Source of the DNA: a virus
Taxonomy: Duplodnaviria; Heunggongvirae; Uroviricota; Caudoviricetes
IMG/VR virus record: IMGVR_UViG_3300037512_000782
Location: 252,732-316,731 of that record
DNA: 64,000 bases
Reading direction: 5' to 3' (one strand)
The position numbers were made by a program, and so were the translations under genes. Numbering within the stretch: position 1 is the first letter of the stretch; each line of letters begins with the position of its first letter. Below the pieces are notes generated by a model, which searched no databases, had not been told where the DNA came from, and was given only the letters and a program-made list of their open reading frames with translations. Below are positions 27,113 through 36,155 of the stretch, piece by piece.

Positions 27113-27541
27113 ATGACAATCGCTACCGACGCCCTGATTAAGGGCAACCAGTTAATACACGAATACGTGAACTCTGGAAAGCAAGGGTTCCGTAATGAAA
27201 TCGTGGCCACGGAAATGAAGAAGATTCTGTCCAACTTCCGTGCCGACTGCCATATCACCAAGTCCCTGCTCGTCACCGAGAACGTTGTCCGTATCGACGT
27301 GGCTGACTACGAACACGACGAGAACAAGTATCTGGTCACTTGGCACGGACACCTTGGTCTGTGTTCCGTTAACTTCCGCGTGGGCATTGAACAGTGCAAC
27401 ATCTACTTCCACGACGACGACAGCAAGACCAAGATCCGAACGCTGCTCCGTAGGACTTTCTCAGTGTTCCGCACGTGCCTCGACCACCACAAGGCCGTTA
27501 TGCAGTTGAGCGAACAATATCCAGAGTGCATGGACGAATGA
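27113..27541 (+). CDS. hypothetical protein
   Basis: SD AAGGA. Confidence 0.75.
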   Translation: MTIATDALIKGNQLIHEYVNSGKQGFRNEIVATEMKKILSNFRADCHITKSLLVTENVVRIDVADYEHDENKYLVTWHGHLGLCSVNFRVGIEQCNIYFHDDDSKTKIRTLLRRTFSVFRTCLDHHKAVMQLSEQYPECMDE

Positions 27542-27562
27542 TCCGCCGACGGCGGGACTGCC
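27536..27562 (+). promoter_or_regulatory. cassette element copy 34
   Basis: GAATGATCCGCCGACGGCGGGACTGCC. Confidence 0.85.
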
Positions 27563-27607
27563 CTACAAGACTATCATCCAACCAACTTCAAAAGGAGACA
27601 ATAACCA

Positions 27608-28162
27608 ATGGAAACAAAGAATCTCAAGAAAGTAATCCGCCGCAAGCACCGCTGGGACTTGGCGCTCAACTTCGACCAGATGAGTGAAATCACGTGGGAA
27701 ACGTTGTTCGTCACGGTATCGTTCGCACTTGCCATTACGTCTGGCATCGGCTTGGTAAAGGCGACTAGCGTCAGCGGATTCCTCGTTTCGTACATCGGCA
27801 TTGTCGTGATGCTGGTGGCGTTCTCCATCAACTTCGTACATCTGTTCCGTCACCTCGTACTGATGGTATGTGCGGCATGGCACGTAGCCAAGCAGAACGT
27901 GGAAGAGCAGAAGGACATCGACTTCGGCACGACCACGACATACTACAACCCAGACACCCAGACGGAAATGTCCGAAGAGGACTACATCGACTTGGTGCGA
28001 AAGGAAGTCGCGAAGGAAATGGAAGACCAAGAAAAGAAGAACGGTCAAGCACGAATCGAGGCCGAAATGGCACGAAAGGAATTTGATAGAAAGGCGTGTA
28101 CCGTTCCCCATGGTGACGAATTGACTGCCGATCCGAAAACTGAAGAAAAAGGAGCCAACTGA
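27608..28162 (+). CDS. 2-TM membrane protein with charged C-tail
   Basis: Hydrophobic segments; SD. Confidence 0.75.
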   Translation: METKNLKKVIRRKHRWDLALNFDQMSEITWETLFVTVSFALAITSGIGLVKATSVSGFLVSYIGIVVMLVAFSINFVHLFRHLVLMVCAAWHVAKQNVEEQKDIDFGTTTTYYNPDTQTEMSEEDYIDLVRKEVAKEMEDQEKKNGQARIEAEMARKEFDRKACTVPHGDELTADPKTEEKGAN

Positions 28163-28545
28163 TGGAAAAATTCGTAAACATCTGGATTGTCATATCGGTC
28201 ATTGTCGTCTCCGCTTGTGGCGGTGCCTTGGTTGACAAAATCTACCACGAAACCCAAGAAGAATCTGACCATAAGAAGGTCGAGATTGAACAGAAGGTCT
28301 CCCAAGTATGCTTCGCTAGCTTGGTGGATATGGACAGAACGGTCAGCTACCTCAAGGGCCTGGACACCAACGGAGTCTCTTGCGCAAAGGTCGTGAACCA
28401 CTTGACCGCCAAGTACAACCGCGATCTCCGCGACTGGGAACTGAACAACGAGATAGTACGCCAACGGTACGAAGAACTGAAGAAGGTAGGCCGTAAGTAC
28501 TACGAGCTGACGAAAGATACGTCGGTGATACGGCTCCTCTATTAG
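28162..28545 (+). CDS. single-TM protein
   Basis: N-terminal hydrophobic helix; TGATG coupling. Confidence 0.75.
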   Translation: MEKFVNIWIVISVIVVSACGGALVDKIYHETQEESDHKKVEIEQKVSQVCFASLVDMDRTVSYLKGLDTNGVSCAKVVNHLTAKYNRDLRDWELNNEIVRQRYEELKKVGRKYYELTKDTSVIRLLY

Positions 28546-28548
28546 CCA

Positions 28549-28575
28549 GACTGGGACAGTCCCGGCGGGACTGCC
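28549..28575 (+). promoter_or_regulatory. cassette element copy 35
   Basis: GACTGGGACAGTCCCGGCGGGACTGCC; stem CAGTCCC/GGGACTG. Confidence 0.85.
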
Positions 28576-28614
28576 CCTTCTTACCATTCATAAAGCACAA
28601 CAAGGAGTATATCT

Positions 28615-28959
28615 ATGTCAGAAGCACCGTTTATAATCGTGATTCCGCCTACCGAGTCGCCGATCAAGTACGATGACGGCTTCTCCACCACATTCAAGAG
28701 CGATTTCACCATCGCCGATGCGTTCGGCGAAGACGCCGTGAGGGACACCTACAAACGAGCCTTCAACGAATGGAAGGGCCAGTACCGCTACCTCACCGAC
28801 CTCGTGATTACGCTGAACCACAAGATCTATGAACACCACGAGAAAGGCAACAAGGCGCTTGCTCAGGTCTACGACGAACTATGGAAGGCCGCTGACGCCT
28901 ACGCGCTTGACAACCTCAAGGACGATGAACTGTCCTATTTTCTCGAAACTACCGATTAG
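28615..28959 (+). CDS. hypothetical phage protein
   Basis: SD after element 35; DFTIADAFG..TYKRAFNEWK..LNHKI. Confidence 0.8.
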   Translation: MSEAPFIIVIPPTESPIKYDDGFSTTFKSDFTIADAFGEDAVRDTYKRAFNEWKGQYRYLTDLVITLNHKIYEHHEKGNKALAQVYDELWKAADAYALDNLKDDELSYFLETTD

Positions 28960-28967
28960 GGGGAACT

Positions 28968-29195
28968 ATGGCTGAACCCACAATCGTCATCCATAACGAC
29001 ATAGACCCAGTCTCGCAACTGCATGACCCAAAGGGCAACCTGGTTGGCGAGATAAAGAACGAACTCGCATTCATTGACGTGTGCCGACAGATCGTTGACC
29101 AGCATGCCGATGGCTACTATGTCATGCTGTATGGGCGTAAGTTTGCGCTTAACGAAGCCGACGCAGCCTTCCACCTAAAACTTCTAACGAGGTAG
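28968..29195 (+). CDS. hypothetical protein
   Basis: SD AGGGG. Confidence 0.7.
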   Translation: MAEPTIVIHNDIDPVSQLHDPKGNLVGEIKNELAFIDVCRQIVDQHADGYYVMLYGRKFALNEADAAFHLKLLTR

Positions 29196-29198
29196 ACA

Positions 29199-29450
29199 AT
29201 GAAACGATACCTTATCAACGCGATTCTCAGCGGCATATTATCTGGAATGATGCTAGTTGTGTTCGCCTACTTCTTGAATCAGTACATCTTTCTGTGTACA
29301 GACCTCTTGATGTACACTTCATCGAGCAACCGCGCCTTTATGTTCTTTACATGCGCTATCACGTTCGCCGTATTCTTGTGGAACACGATAAATTGCGTGT
29401 ACAGCACGGTGAAGCTGCTTTCGGTGGTGAATCGGCTTTCGGACAATTAG
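29199..29450 (+). CDS. small 2-TM protein
   Basis: Hydrophobic segments; SD GAGGT. Confidence 0.7.
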   Translation: MKRYLINAILSGILSGMMLVVFAYFLNQYIFLCTDLLMYTSSSNRAFMFFTCAITFAVFLWNTINCVYSTVKLLSVVNRLSDN

Positions 29451-29476
29451 ACTGGCGGCGGTCTCGCGGGACTGCC
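29450..29476 (+). promoter_or_regulatory. cassette element copy 36
   Basis: GACTGGCGGCGGTCTCGCGGGACTGCC. Confidence 0.85.
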
Positions 29477-29518
29477 ACCTTCTTTGATCATTTGTACAAC
29501 CCCAACAAGGAGACTTAT

Positions 29519-30220
29519 ATGAAGAACTTGACCAACACCATCACCGCCACAGAAACCGCATTACTAGTCCGCGTTCGCGACATCTTGCTAGAAAGTCCTT
29601 TGTACAAGGACTACGGCGACAAAGACCGCCTCTCAATGATCCCGGAATCCAAGTGGGTCGATTACCGAAAGGGCATCGTGACGATCCCCTTGGTAGACAA
29701 CTGTTTCCGTACTGGCGGCTACGCAAATATGAAGCAGTTCGCCGTGAAGCGCGTGGAAAACACGGTGAAGGCCATTCTCGAAGAGCATGTGATCAACGTG
29801 AAGTGGATCCGCAGCGACAAGCTGTGCGACAGCGTTGACTTCTGCGTAGAACACTATCATACGCCCAAGACAGTCAACCTTCCCAAGACCTATGGCATCG
29901 GCGCACTGAACGGCTACGACAAGAAGGTCGCCAAGCTTGCAGCCATCATCAAGGAACTGTGGGAGGCTGATAAATCGGAAGGCTCCTATTCCGTGGTGTT
30001 CTACTTGCACGAAGGCGATAATGTCATCAAGACCAGCTCCAAGCTGCTCATCGAAGGGCTTTGGAAATATTCGTACGAAAACACCGAACTTTCCTCGCTC
30101 ATGTCAGCGGCTCTTACGATGATGCAAGTCCGCGATGACCAGAAATTCAACTTCTTTAACCCGGATTCGTTGACCATCGAAGACAAATTCACTAAAGACC
30201 AGTTCAACATCAAGTTCTAA
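29519..30220 (+). CDS. hypothetical protein, tandem paralog of 30288-30971
   Basis: Start moved to the ATG at 29519 after SD; shared motifs. Confidence 0.8.
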   Translation: MKNLTNTITATETALLVRVRDILLESPLYKDYGDKDRLSMIPESKWVDYRKGIVTIPLVDNCFRTGGYANMKQFAVKRVENTVKAILEEHVINVKWIRSDKLCDSVDFCVEHYHTPKTVNLPKTYGIGALNGYDKKVAKLAAIIKELWEADKSEGSYSVVFYLHEGDNVIKTSSKLLIEGLWKYSYENTELSSLMSAALTMMQVRDDQKFNFFNPDSLTIEDKFTKDQFNIKF

Positions 30221-30245
30221 CTGATCCGCCGACGGCGGGACTGCC
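30219..30245 (+). promoter_or_regulatory. cassette element copy 37
   Basis: AACTGATCCGCCGACGGCGGGACTGCC; stem GCCGACGGC/GCCGTCGGC. Confidence 0.85.
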
Positions 30246-30287
30246 GTCGGCCTTTATTACGAAAGCAACCCAACAAGGAGAATCATC

Positions 30288-30971
30288 ATGGCACGATTTA
30301 ACCTCGACACCATCACCTCGCACGAAGACACCTTAATAGACACTATGAAGATCATGGTGTCCACGTCCAAGTTCTACAAGGAACACAGCCAGAAGGACTC
30401 CACCATCAAGGTAGACCGCCGTGCTGGCTCCGTGGAGTTCCGCATCGCGGACACTTCCTTCACCAAGGCCGATGACACGCTGAAGGTCGTTGCAAGGAAG
30501 CAAGCCAACGAGCTGCTTGCCGCCATGGACAAAGTGTTCGCTGAGGAGAAGACTTCGGTCGCGATCTCGTACGACCGCTACAACAACGTCAAGTACAAGT
30601 TCACTACCTATCACACTGCCGTCAAGCAGACCGTTCCGGTTTCTTTCGGCAAGGGTGGCCTGGGTAGCTGGACTGCAAAGGTGGTTCGCTTGGCAGAAGT
30701 CATCAACGAGTTCTACCACTTGAACACTTGCGAATTTCCGTTCTTCGTCCATTTCTTCACGATCGAAAATGGCGTGGCTGAGAAGGCCGCATATCCTCTC
30801 CAGATCCACAAGATCGACACGACCCACTCGAACTACGGCGCAGCCGTGTTCGCCGAAGCCTCCAGGCTTCTCCGCGCTTGCGAGGATGCCAAGGAATACG
30901 AATACTTCGAACCGAACTTCGTCAACATCCTCTGTGAAGACACGAAGGACATCTACCAGTTCAACCTTTAA
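30288..30971 (+). CDS. hypothetical protein, tandem paralog of 29519-30220
   Basis: SD after element 37. Confidence 0.8.
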   Translation: MARFNLDTITSHEDTLIDTMKIMVSTSKFYKEHSQKDSTIKVDRRAGSVEFRIADTSFTKADDTLKVVARKQANELLAAMDKVFAEEKTSVAISYDRYNNVKYKFTTYHTAVKQTVPVSFGKGGLGSWTAKVVRLAEVINEFYHLNTCEFPFFVHFFTIENGVAEKAAYPLQIHKIDTTHSNYGAAVFAEASRLLRACEDAKEYEYFEPNFVNILCEDTKDIYQFNL

Positions 30972-30986
30972 TTCCGAGGAGACCGC

Positions 30987-31244
30987 ATGTCGTATTACCA
31001 GACCACAATATCTTTTGTGAGACCCACGATTTTCAAGCCTACCAAAGACAAAGTACTGGATGATTGCAAACAAGCGTTTGCTGGAAGCTTGTCGGTAAAT
31101 ATTTGCTGTGGCGACTTGGTATGTATCAAAGGTGACGCAAAACTGTCGTTCGGCGGTATGATCCAGTTGCTCAACATCCTTGAAACAAACGGACTCACCG
31201 TTGACGATGTACACCTCTATCTGAACGAGTCACGAGAATATTAA
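30987..31244 (+). CDS. hypothetical protein
   Basis: SD GAGGAG. Confidence 0.7.
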   Translation: MSYYQTTISFVRPTIFKPTKDKVLDDCKQAFAGSLSVNICCGDLVCIKGDAKLSFGGMIQLLNILETNGLTVDDVHLYLNESREY

Positions 31245-31255
31245 AAGGAGTCATT

Positions 31256-31669
31256 ATGACCGAAGTCCAGAAAAAAATTTCTGCTATGTTCAAAAAGACC
31301 AACTTCGCTTGCATCACCGCCTTGAAGTACAGCCGAGTGGTGTTCGATTTCCGAGTCCTGACCAAAAAAGATTTTGATGAAGGCTGGGGAAAGACGCACT
31401 CTTCCGGATGCGTGGGCGGATGGAACGATGTCAAGAAGACTCACCGCTTTGTCGGCGTACTCACCATCAAGTATTGCGGACAGTACTTGCACTATGCGGT
31501 AAGCCACCGCGAACCCGTGTTCGCCGCAGCGCTCGTCCTCAAGAACACGCTTGCCAAGTTCGACGGCAAGAAACCAGATCCGATGCACCGAAAGATCATG
31601 CTCGTACACAAGAAATTTTTCGATGTCGTGTGCGAACCGCCAGCCACCAAGGAGATCCATGATGTTTGA
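31256..31669 (+). CDS. hypothetical protein
   Basis: SD AAGGAG. Confidence 0.75.
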   Translation: MTEVQKKISAMFKKTNFACITALKYSRVVFDFRVLTKKDFDEGWGKTHSSGCVGGWNDVKKTHRFVGVLTIKYCGQYLHYAVSHREPVFAAALVLKNTLAKFDGKKPDPMHRKIMLVHKKFFDVVCEPPATKEIHDV

Positions 31670-32051
31670 TACACACGTTGTCCGTCATACCGCCGTGACC
31701 AATGTCCACGTCACGAACGAGACCAACGATCACATCAAGGTCACGAACGAAGCGCAGCAGCAAGTCATCGAACTCGCGCAAGAAACCCCAAACAGCTTCT
31801 TTGTGCATTGCCATTACGGCGACAATGTATGGAAGGGTCTCTTCTACGAAAGGCCGTTCCTGAACAAGTTCATTTCGACCAGGGCCGCTTGCGACTCCGT
31901 CGAGTTCGGCATGACCCAGATCGCCAGCTATGAACCCAAAGAGAAGGTCGCAAAGCTCCTTGAGAAGCAAGGCGTTGTCATCAAGAAGCTCAAGGTGATG
32001 GACAAGTCGAGGGCGGTCTTCGCCGAAGTGGTCTGGGCTGACCAAGCATAA
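31659..32051 (+). CDS. hypothetical protein
   Basis: Start moved to the ATG at 31659 after SD. Confidence 0.7.
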   Translation: MMFDTHVVRHTAVTNVHVTNETNDHIKVTNEAQQQVIELAQETPNSFFVHCHYGDNVWKGLFYERPFLNKFISTRAACDSVEFGMTQIASYEPKEKVAKLLEKQGVVIKKLKVMDKSRAVFAEVVWADQA

Positions 32052-32062
32052 TACACTAAAGA

Positions 32063-32089
32063 GACTGTTCCGCCGACGGCGGGACTGCC
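32063..32089 (+). promoter_or_regulatory. cassette element copy 38
   Basis: GACTGTTCCGCCGACGGCGGGACTGCC. Confidence 0.85.
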
Positions 32090-32126
32090 TCTTTGCTTTA
32101 TACAAGATTCAACCAGAGGTTAAAAT

Positions 32127-32540
32127 ATGTTGCCACCCAAGACGATACATATCCTTCAGCACATGGACAGTCAGGAACGTGCAGAGGCGTTCCACGAGCT
32201 TCAACGACTCGGAGTGATTGACTACATGGAAATTGCTGAATGCAAGGCCATGCTCCGTGCAGAGTCTGAACCTTCCGAATTTCAGAAAGCGGCAAGCGAA
32301 ATGCTTCAGCGTGAAGTAAGAGAATTCGACGAAAGAACAAGCCGAATCAAGTACAAGAAATGCCCCGAATGTCATGGCGAAGGAAAACGCTACGTCACGA
32401 CATGCATTTCTCTTCGACAAGGGAACTTCCGTCGAAGTGATGGTTCATACCATTTCGACAAGGACGGAACAGAACGAGAAGCCCAATATGAATGGAAGAC
32501 ATGCCCTGACTGCAAGGGAACAGGAAAGGTAAGGGCATAG
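32127..32540 (+). CDS. DnaJ-type Cys zinc-finger protein
   Basis: CPECHGEG ... CPDCKGTG (CxxCxGxG pair). Confidence 0.7.
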   Translation: MLPPKTIHILQHMDSQERAEAFHELQRLGVIDYMEIAECKAMLRAESEPSEFQKAASEMLQREVREFDERTSRIKYKKCPECHGEGKRYVTTCISLRQGNFRRSDGSYHFDKDGTEREAQYEWKTCPDCKGTGKVRA

Positions 32541-32565
32541 TCTGAAATTAAGGTTCTTTAACCCC

Positions 32566-32594
32566 TTGACAAACACTTTGCTAAGAGTTATATT
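32566..32594 (+). promoter_or_regulatory. sigma70-type promoter
   Basis: TTGACA-N17-TATATT. Confidence 0.8.
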
Positions 32595-32615
32595 TTAGTC
32601 AAGGAGATCTAAAAT

Positions 32616-32894
32616 ATGTCTGTAACGCTTTACCACATCTTGCTAGCCGTGTTTTTCATTGGATTTCTCGCCGAATGGTTTAACAACCGCAAGAAACACC
32701 CTTTCATAAGCCTCGCCGTCAACACTATTCTCGTCATCGTGCTGCTTCCGATTCTCTATTACGAGATAGCAAACAACATGATGTGGGATATAATCTTGGA
32801 TTTTCTGATCGGCATATCGATCGGATATAGGGCGGCTGAAGCCGTAGACCACATCAACGACATCGTAGGAGACGAAAATGACGATACACCATAA
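32616..32894 (+). CDS. small multi-TM protein
   Basis: Hydrophobic; SD after sigma70 promoter. Confidence 0.75.
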   Translation: MSVTLYHILLAVFFIGFLAEWFNNRKKHPFISLAVNTILVIVLLPILYYEIANNMMWDIILDFLIGISIGYRAAEAVDHINDIVGDENDDTP

Positions 32895-33261
32895 CGGTTC
32901 CACCGTGAACATTACTTTGCTTGGAGGCCCGACGATTGTCGCCGCTTGGGATGTCCTTGAAGAATCCTACGGCGCTGAACTCGACGTCGAAACCCTCACG
33001 CACATCGTCCGCAAGGTTGAAAACTCGTCTGGCTACTCCTACATGACGGACGCGGAACGCGAAAAGGAGTTCTGGAAGGAACTCACGATGGCAGACCTCG
33101 TAAGGTGCCAAGAACGCTACGCGGAACGCTGCAAGAGTATGGACACCTACGATGCGTACGACGACATGCCGTTCAGCAGCCACGAAGTCGACCCGGAATG
33201 CCAGAAGCTCGAAGCATACATCGCAAAGGTCAAGAAGAAACTGGAGGCTCTTGATGGCTAA
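32878..33261 (+). CDS. hypothetical protein
   Basis: SD AGGAG. Confidence 0.7.
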   Translation: MTIHHNGSTVNITLLGGPTIVAAWDVLEESYGAELDVETLTHIVRKVENSSGYSYMTDAEREKEFWKELTMADLVRCQERYAERCKSMDTYDAYDDMPFSSHEVDPECQKLEAYIAKVKKKLEALDG

Positions 33262-33571
33262 AGAATACAAGAACCTAGCCGAACAGAAGTGGGACGAGTG
33301 GTGCGATAAGAACGGCATCACAAACAAGGAAACCTTGACGAGGGAACAGATCGTTCGCTTCCAAGACAGCGAAGAGTTCGGTGAAATCCTCGCCTCGCTT
33401 ACGCCCGATGCCCAGATAGCCTACTGCGTGTCCGTATGCGCATGGCCTCGGCTCAAGAAACTCTACGAGGAGTTCAAGAAGGAACAAGCATACTATCAGT
33501 ATGCGATGATGCTGGAAGCCTTGTTCGCTCGGTACGAACAATGGAAGGCCAGTCAACCAAAACCCAACTAA
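33254..33571 (+). CDS. hypothetical protein
   Basis: Start moved to the ATG at 33254 (SD GGAGG). Confidence 0.7.
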   Translation: MAKEYKNLAEQKWDEWCDKNGITNKETLTREQIVRFQDSEEFGEILASLTPDAQIAYCVSVCAWPRLKKLYEEFKKEQAYYQYAMMLEALFARYEQWKASQPKPN

Positions 33572-33582
33572 GGAGAATCATC

Positions 33583-33789
33583 ATGGCAACCTATACGAAA
33601 CAAGATGTAAGGAAGATGCTCTATCAAGCCGCCGATCAGATCAAGGAACTCGCAGACGATTACGTACAAGGTCGTCCGGCTGACATGGGCAAGATATCCC
33701 AGATTCACCTCGGCGTCAAGACTGGACTTGCCGTCATCGACGGATCTTGGGCACACGGCCTTGACAGCGAATTTCCGAAGCGCAAATGA
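33583..33789 (+). CDS. hypothetical protein (68 aa)
   Basis: Start moved to the ATG at 33583 after SD. Confidence 0.7.
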   Translation: MATYTKQDVRKMLYQAADQIKELADDYVQGRPADMGKISQIHLGVKTGLAVIDGSWAHGLDSEFPKRK

Positions 33790-33941
33790 GCTACGAAGAG
33801 GTCTACAAGAAAGGGCTGGCTGTCGGCTGGACTGGCTTGACCGTCCAAGAGCATGCCATCCTTCTTTATTACAAGGTCACTGAACGTGTCCTTGAATCCG
33901 AACGCACAACCAAAGGAGAATCCGAATGTTCCTCGAAATAA
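33786..33941 (+). CDS. hypothetical protein (51 aa, not in track)
   Basis: ATGA overlap with the upstream stop; MSYEEVYKKG... Confidence 0.45.
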   Translation: MSYEEVYKKGLAVGWTGLTVQEHAILLYYKVTERVLESERTTKGESECSSK

Positions 33942-34759
33942 TCTTGGCTGGTTTGGTCGCATACAGCGCCCACAACTCGGCACACAATGCCGCCAATAAC
34001 GCCACCGCATCTGTAATCGGCGCAGTCGAAAAGTCTACAAACAAGCTGGAACGCCATTTGTCCGTAGTCGAACTGAAGGTAGACCAGCTCAACATCAAGT
34101 TGGACACCAACCAAGTCCGTCTTATGAGGGCGATGACCTGGCACGACTACATCCAGACGCTCCATGTCAAGGGCGCGAAGTACAAGGGAGATAACTTGTA
34201 TGTGTACAAGGAGAAGCGCACCACTACGACGGCTGACCTCGTGACGAAGGAAGTCAAGGAAGTCAACGGACGCTTTACCCTGCTCAAGAACTTCAACGAC
34301 GATACAGAGAAGCTGTATGCGGAAGATTACCTTGTCTACGAAAAGTTCCCAAATGGCGAGATAAAGGTATATGATGACCAAGGCCGCGTGTATATGCACA
34401 CGAACCTAACGCACGACACCTACACATACTTGCCCAACGGAAAGACCCATTCAATCAAGTGGCACGACGGGGCCGTATGGATATATAAGTATGACAGACA
34501 CGGTCAGCCTATCGAAATCGAATCGTACAATATGCAGCCTACATCAAGGAAGCCAGTCCAGCCATTGGTGGAACTAGCTATCGACAAGTGGCAGAAATGT
34601 GTCCAGAAGAATCCAGTTGGCGCATGCGTGTCGAAGTGTGACGGTTCAATGATGTATAACAGTTGGACGGGCCGGACATATCCGTCACACTGCTTCGACA
34701 AATGCAAAGCAGAACAGCAGTCCATTTGCGGAACCAAGCCAGTCGGCCCACTATCATAA
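33926..34759 (+). CDS. membrane-anchored protein with coiled coil, Tyr-rich beta-hairpin repeats and Cys-rich C-tail
   Basis: N-terminal hydrophobic segment; KVYDDQGR, YTYLPNGK, YKYDRHGQ repeats; six C-terminal Cys. Confidence 0.75.
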   Translation: MFLEIILAGLVAYSAHNSAHNAANNATASVIGAVEKSTNKLERHLSVVELKVDQLNIKLDTNQVRLMRAMTWHDYIQTLHVKGAKYKGDNLYVYKEKRTTTTADLVTKEVKEVNGRFTLLKNFNDDTEKLYAEDYLVYEKFPNGEIKVYDDQGRVYMHTNLTHDTYTYLPNGKTHSIKWHDGAVWIYKYDRHGQPIEIESYNMQPTSRKPVQPLVELAIDKWQKCVQKNPVGACVSKCDGSMMYNSWTGRTYPSHCFDKCKAEQQSICGTKPVGPLS

Positions 34760-34768
34760 GGAGAAACC

Positions 34769-35158
34769 ATGTACGGATACAAGAAAGCGTGGTCTGCCAA
34801 AGGCCCAGCGGTAGTAAAGCTGGAGATCGACCCGACAACCGCCTTCATGGTGGTAGACATCGCGCACGAGCGTATGCGCGTGAACCAGTGCAAGGTGGTC
34901 GATATCCTCAACCTCGATGGGACAAAGGCCAAAGTCGATTTCGCCGCGTCCTACTACGATCCGTCGTTCATCTACTGCGTGGACGGAAAGACGATGACCA
35001 TGGAGAAGTTCGATTTCCGTTCGAGGTCGCAGCATTCAAGGGGCATCCATTGCTACACCTCGTTCGAAAAGGCGGCAAGCTACAATGTGTTCATCCGTAG
35101 GTTCACTTGGCCTCTATGGAAGCTGAAGACGTGGGTGTTCTACGACGTTTGCTACTAG
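34769..35158 (+). CDS. DUF5758-like phage protein
   Basis: VVKLEID..RVNQCKVVDI..SYYDPSFIY..GIHCY pattern recalled from the family. Confidence 0.5.
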   Translation: MYGYKKAWSAKGPAVVKLEIDPTTAFMVVDIAHERMRVNQCKVVDILNLDGTKAKVDFAASYYDPSFIYCVDGKTMTMEKFDFRSRSQHSRGIHCYTSFEKAASYNVFIRRFTWPLWKLKTWVFYDVCY

Positions 35159-35168
35159 AGGTGTCCGA

Positions 35169-35423
35169 ATGATCGATTGTACGCCCATCATCGTTGTCCT
35201 TGACCTACTTGTTTCCGCGCTGATCGCCGGAATGCTGTGGGGATTGAGGAACCCTGGCGACTTCGGCGGTCTGACCGACGAGGAATACGCAAGGGAAGAA
35301 TTTAGGAAGCAGCACCCAGGAAGGGAACTGGCGATCTACTTGACCCTATTCGTGATAGTGTCCGCCATATCACTTCCGATCGTGCTATCGCTGCACTGGC
35401 GAACGATCTGCATCTGTCCGTGA
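35169..35423 (+). CDS. small 2-TM protein
   Basis: Hydrophobic ends; SD GAGGT. Confidence 0.7.
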   Translation: MIDCTPIIVVLDLLVSALIAGMLWGLRNPGDFGGLTDEEYAREEFRKQHPGRELAIYLTLFVIVSAISLPIVLSLHWRTICICP

Positions 35424-35434
35424 TATCGATGCAT

Positions 35435-35461
35435 GACTGATCCAAGGTCTGCGGGACTGCC
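35435..35461 (+). promoter_or_regulatory. cassette element copy 39
   Basis: GACTGATCCAAGGTCTGCGGGACTGCC; stem GGTCTGCGG/CCGCAGACC. Confidence 0.85.
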
Positions 35462-35501
35462 TCCGCAGACCATTTTAACACGCACACACAAGGAGACTAC
35501 T

Positions 35502-36056
35502 ATGAAGAAGCTTTTACTAATCATTCTCGCTTTCGCCATGTCCGCAGTCGCGGTCGTGTTCGACAATACCATCAACCGCAAGGAAATGCGCATCTACATG
35601 CGCTCTGGGAACTGGAACACTGGCGACCGCTATACTACCATGCCAGTCGTCGTGAACGGCAAGGTGACTTGTCCCTATGTCGGCAGCATCTTCGCCGAGC
35701 CGTACAAGGACGGCACATGTCCGGCGGTGAACGTGTACCACTTGGTACGCATAGCCAGATCCAAGAAGGGTCTGGACTGCTATTACGACTACACGATAGG
35801 CAAGGACTTCATGTTCTCCGTCTACAACCAGCAAGGGTGCCCAGACATCCTAGCCGCATACGACGGACTAGAGTTCTTTCGTGGTGTCTACTTTGATTCC
35901 GTTGACAATTTCAAGCTGTACTACCCGGATTCGCTGCTCACGCAGACCTTCGAGGGCAACTTCGATTTGTATCCGAGGGTGAAGGCGCAGATCCGCTACC
36001 GACGGATCAACATGCGCAAGGACAAGAAGAACGAAGTAATCAGGTTCGGAGACTGA
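35502..36056 (+). CDS. putative exported protein
   Basis: Signal peptide MKKLLLIILAFAMSAVA. Confidence 0.75.
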   Translation: MKKLLLIILAFAMSAVAVVFDNTINRKEMRIYMRSGNWNTGDRYTTMPVVVNGKVTCPYVGSIFAEPYKDGTCPAVNVYHLVRIARSKKGLDCYYDYTIGKDFMFSVYNQQGCPDILAAYDGLEFFRGVYFDSVDNFKLYYPDSLLTQTFEGNFDLYPRVKAQIRYRRINMRKDKKNEVIRFGD

Positions 36057-36077
36057 TTCCGCCACGGCGGGACTGCC
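36051..36077 (+). promoter_or_regulatory. cassette element copy 40
   Basis: GACTGATTCCGCCACGGCGGGACTGCC. Confidence 0.85.
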
Positions 36078-36107
36078 TCCTTTTGTTATAAAAATTTACG
36101 CAAGGAC

Positions 36108-36136
36108 TTGACAAAAGTCAAAATAAGAGTTATATT
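36108..36136 (+). promoter_or_regulatory. sigma70-type promoter upstream of FtsK gene
   Basis: TTGACA-N17-TATATT. Confidence 0.8.
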
Positions 36137-36155
36137 ACTAGGCGGAGGTATCACC

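Noticed and set aside
20892-35502. Track ORFs that begin MAGLP/MTDPRSAGLP and the recurring AGLP/RDCL peptides
   Set aside because: These are translations of the repeat element (TGGCGGGACTGCC) upstream of the true SD-led starts, not a protein motif.
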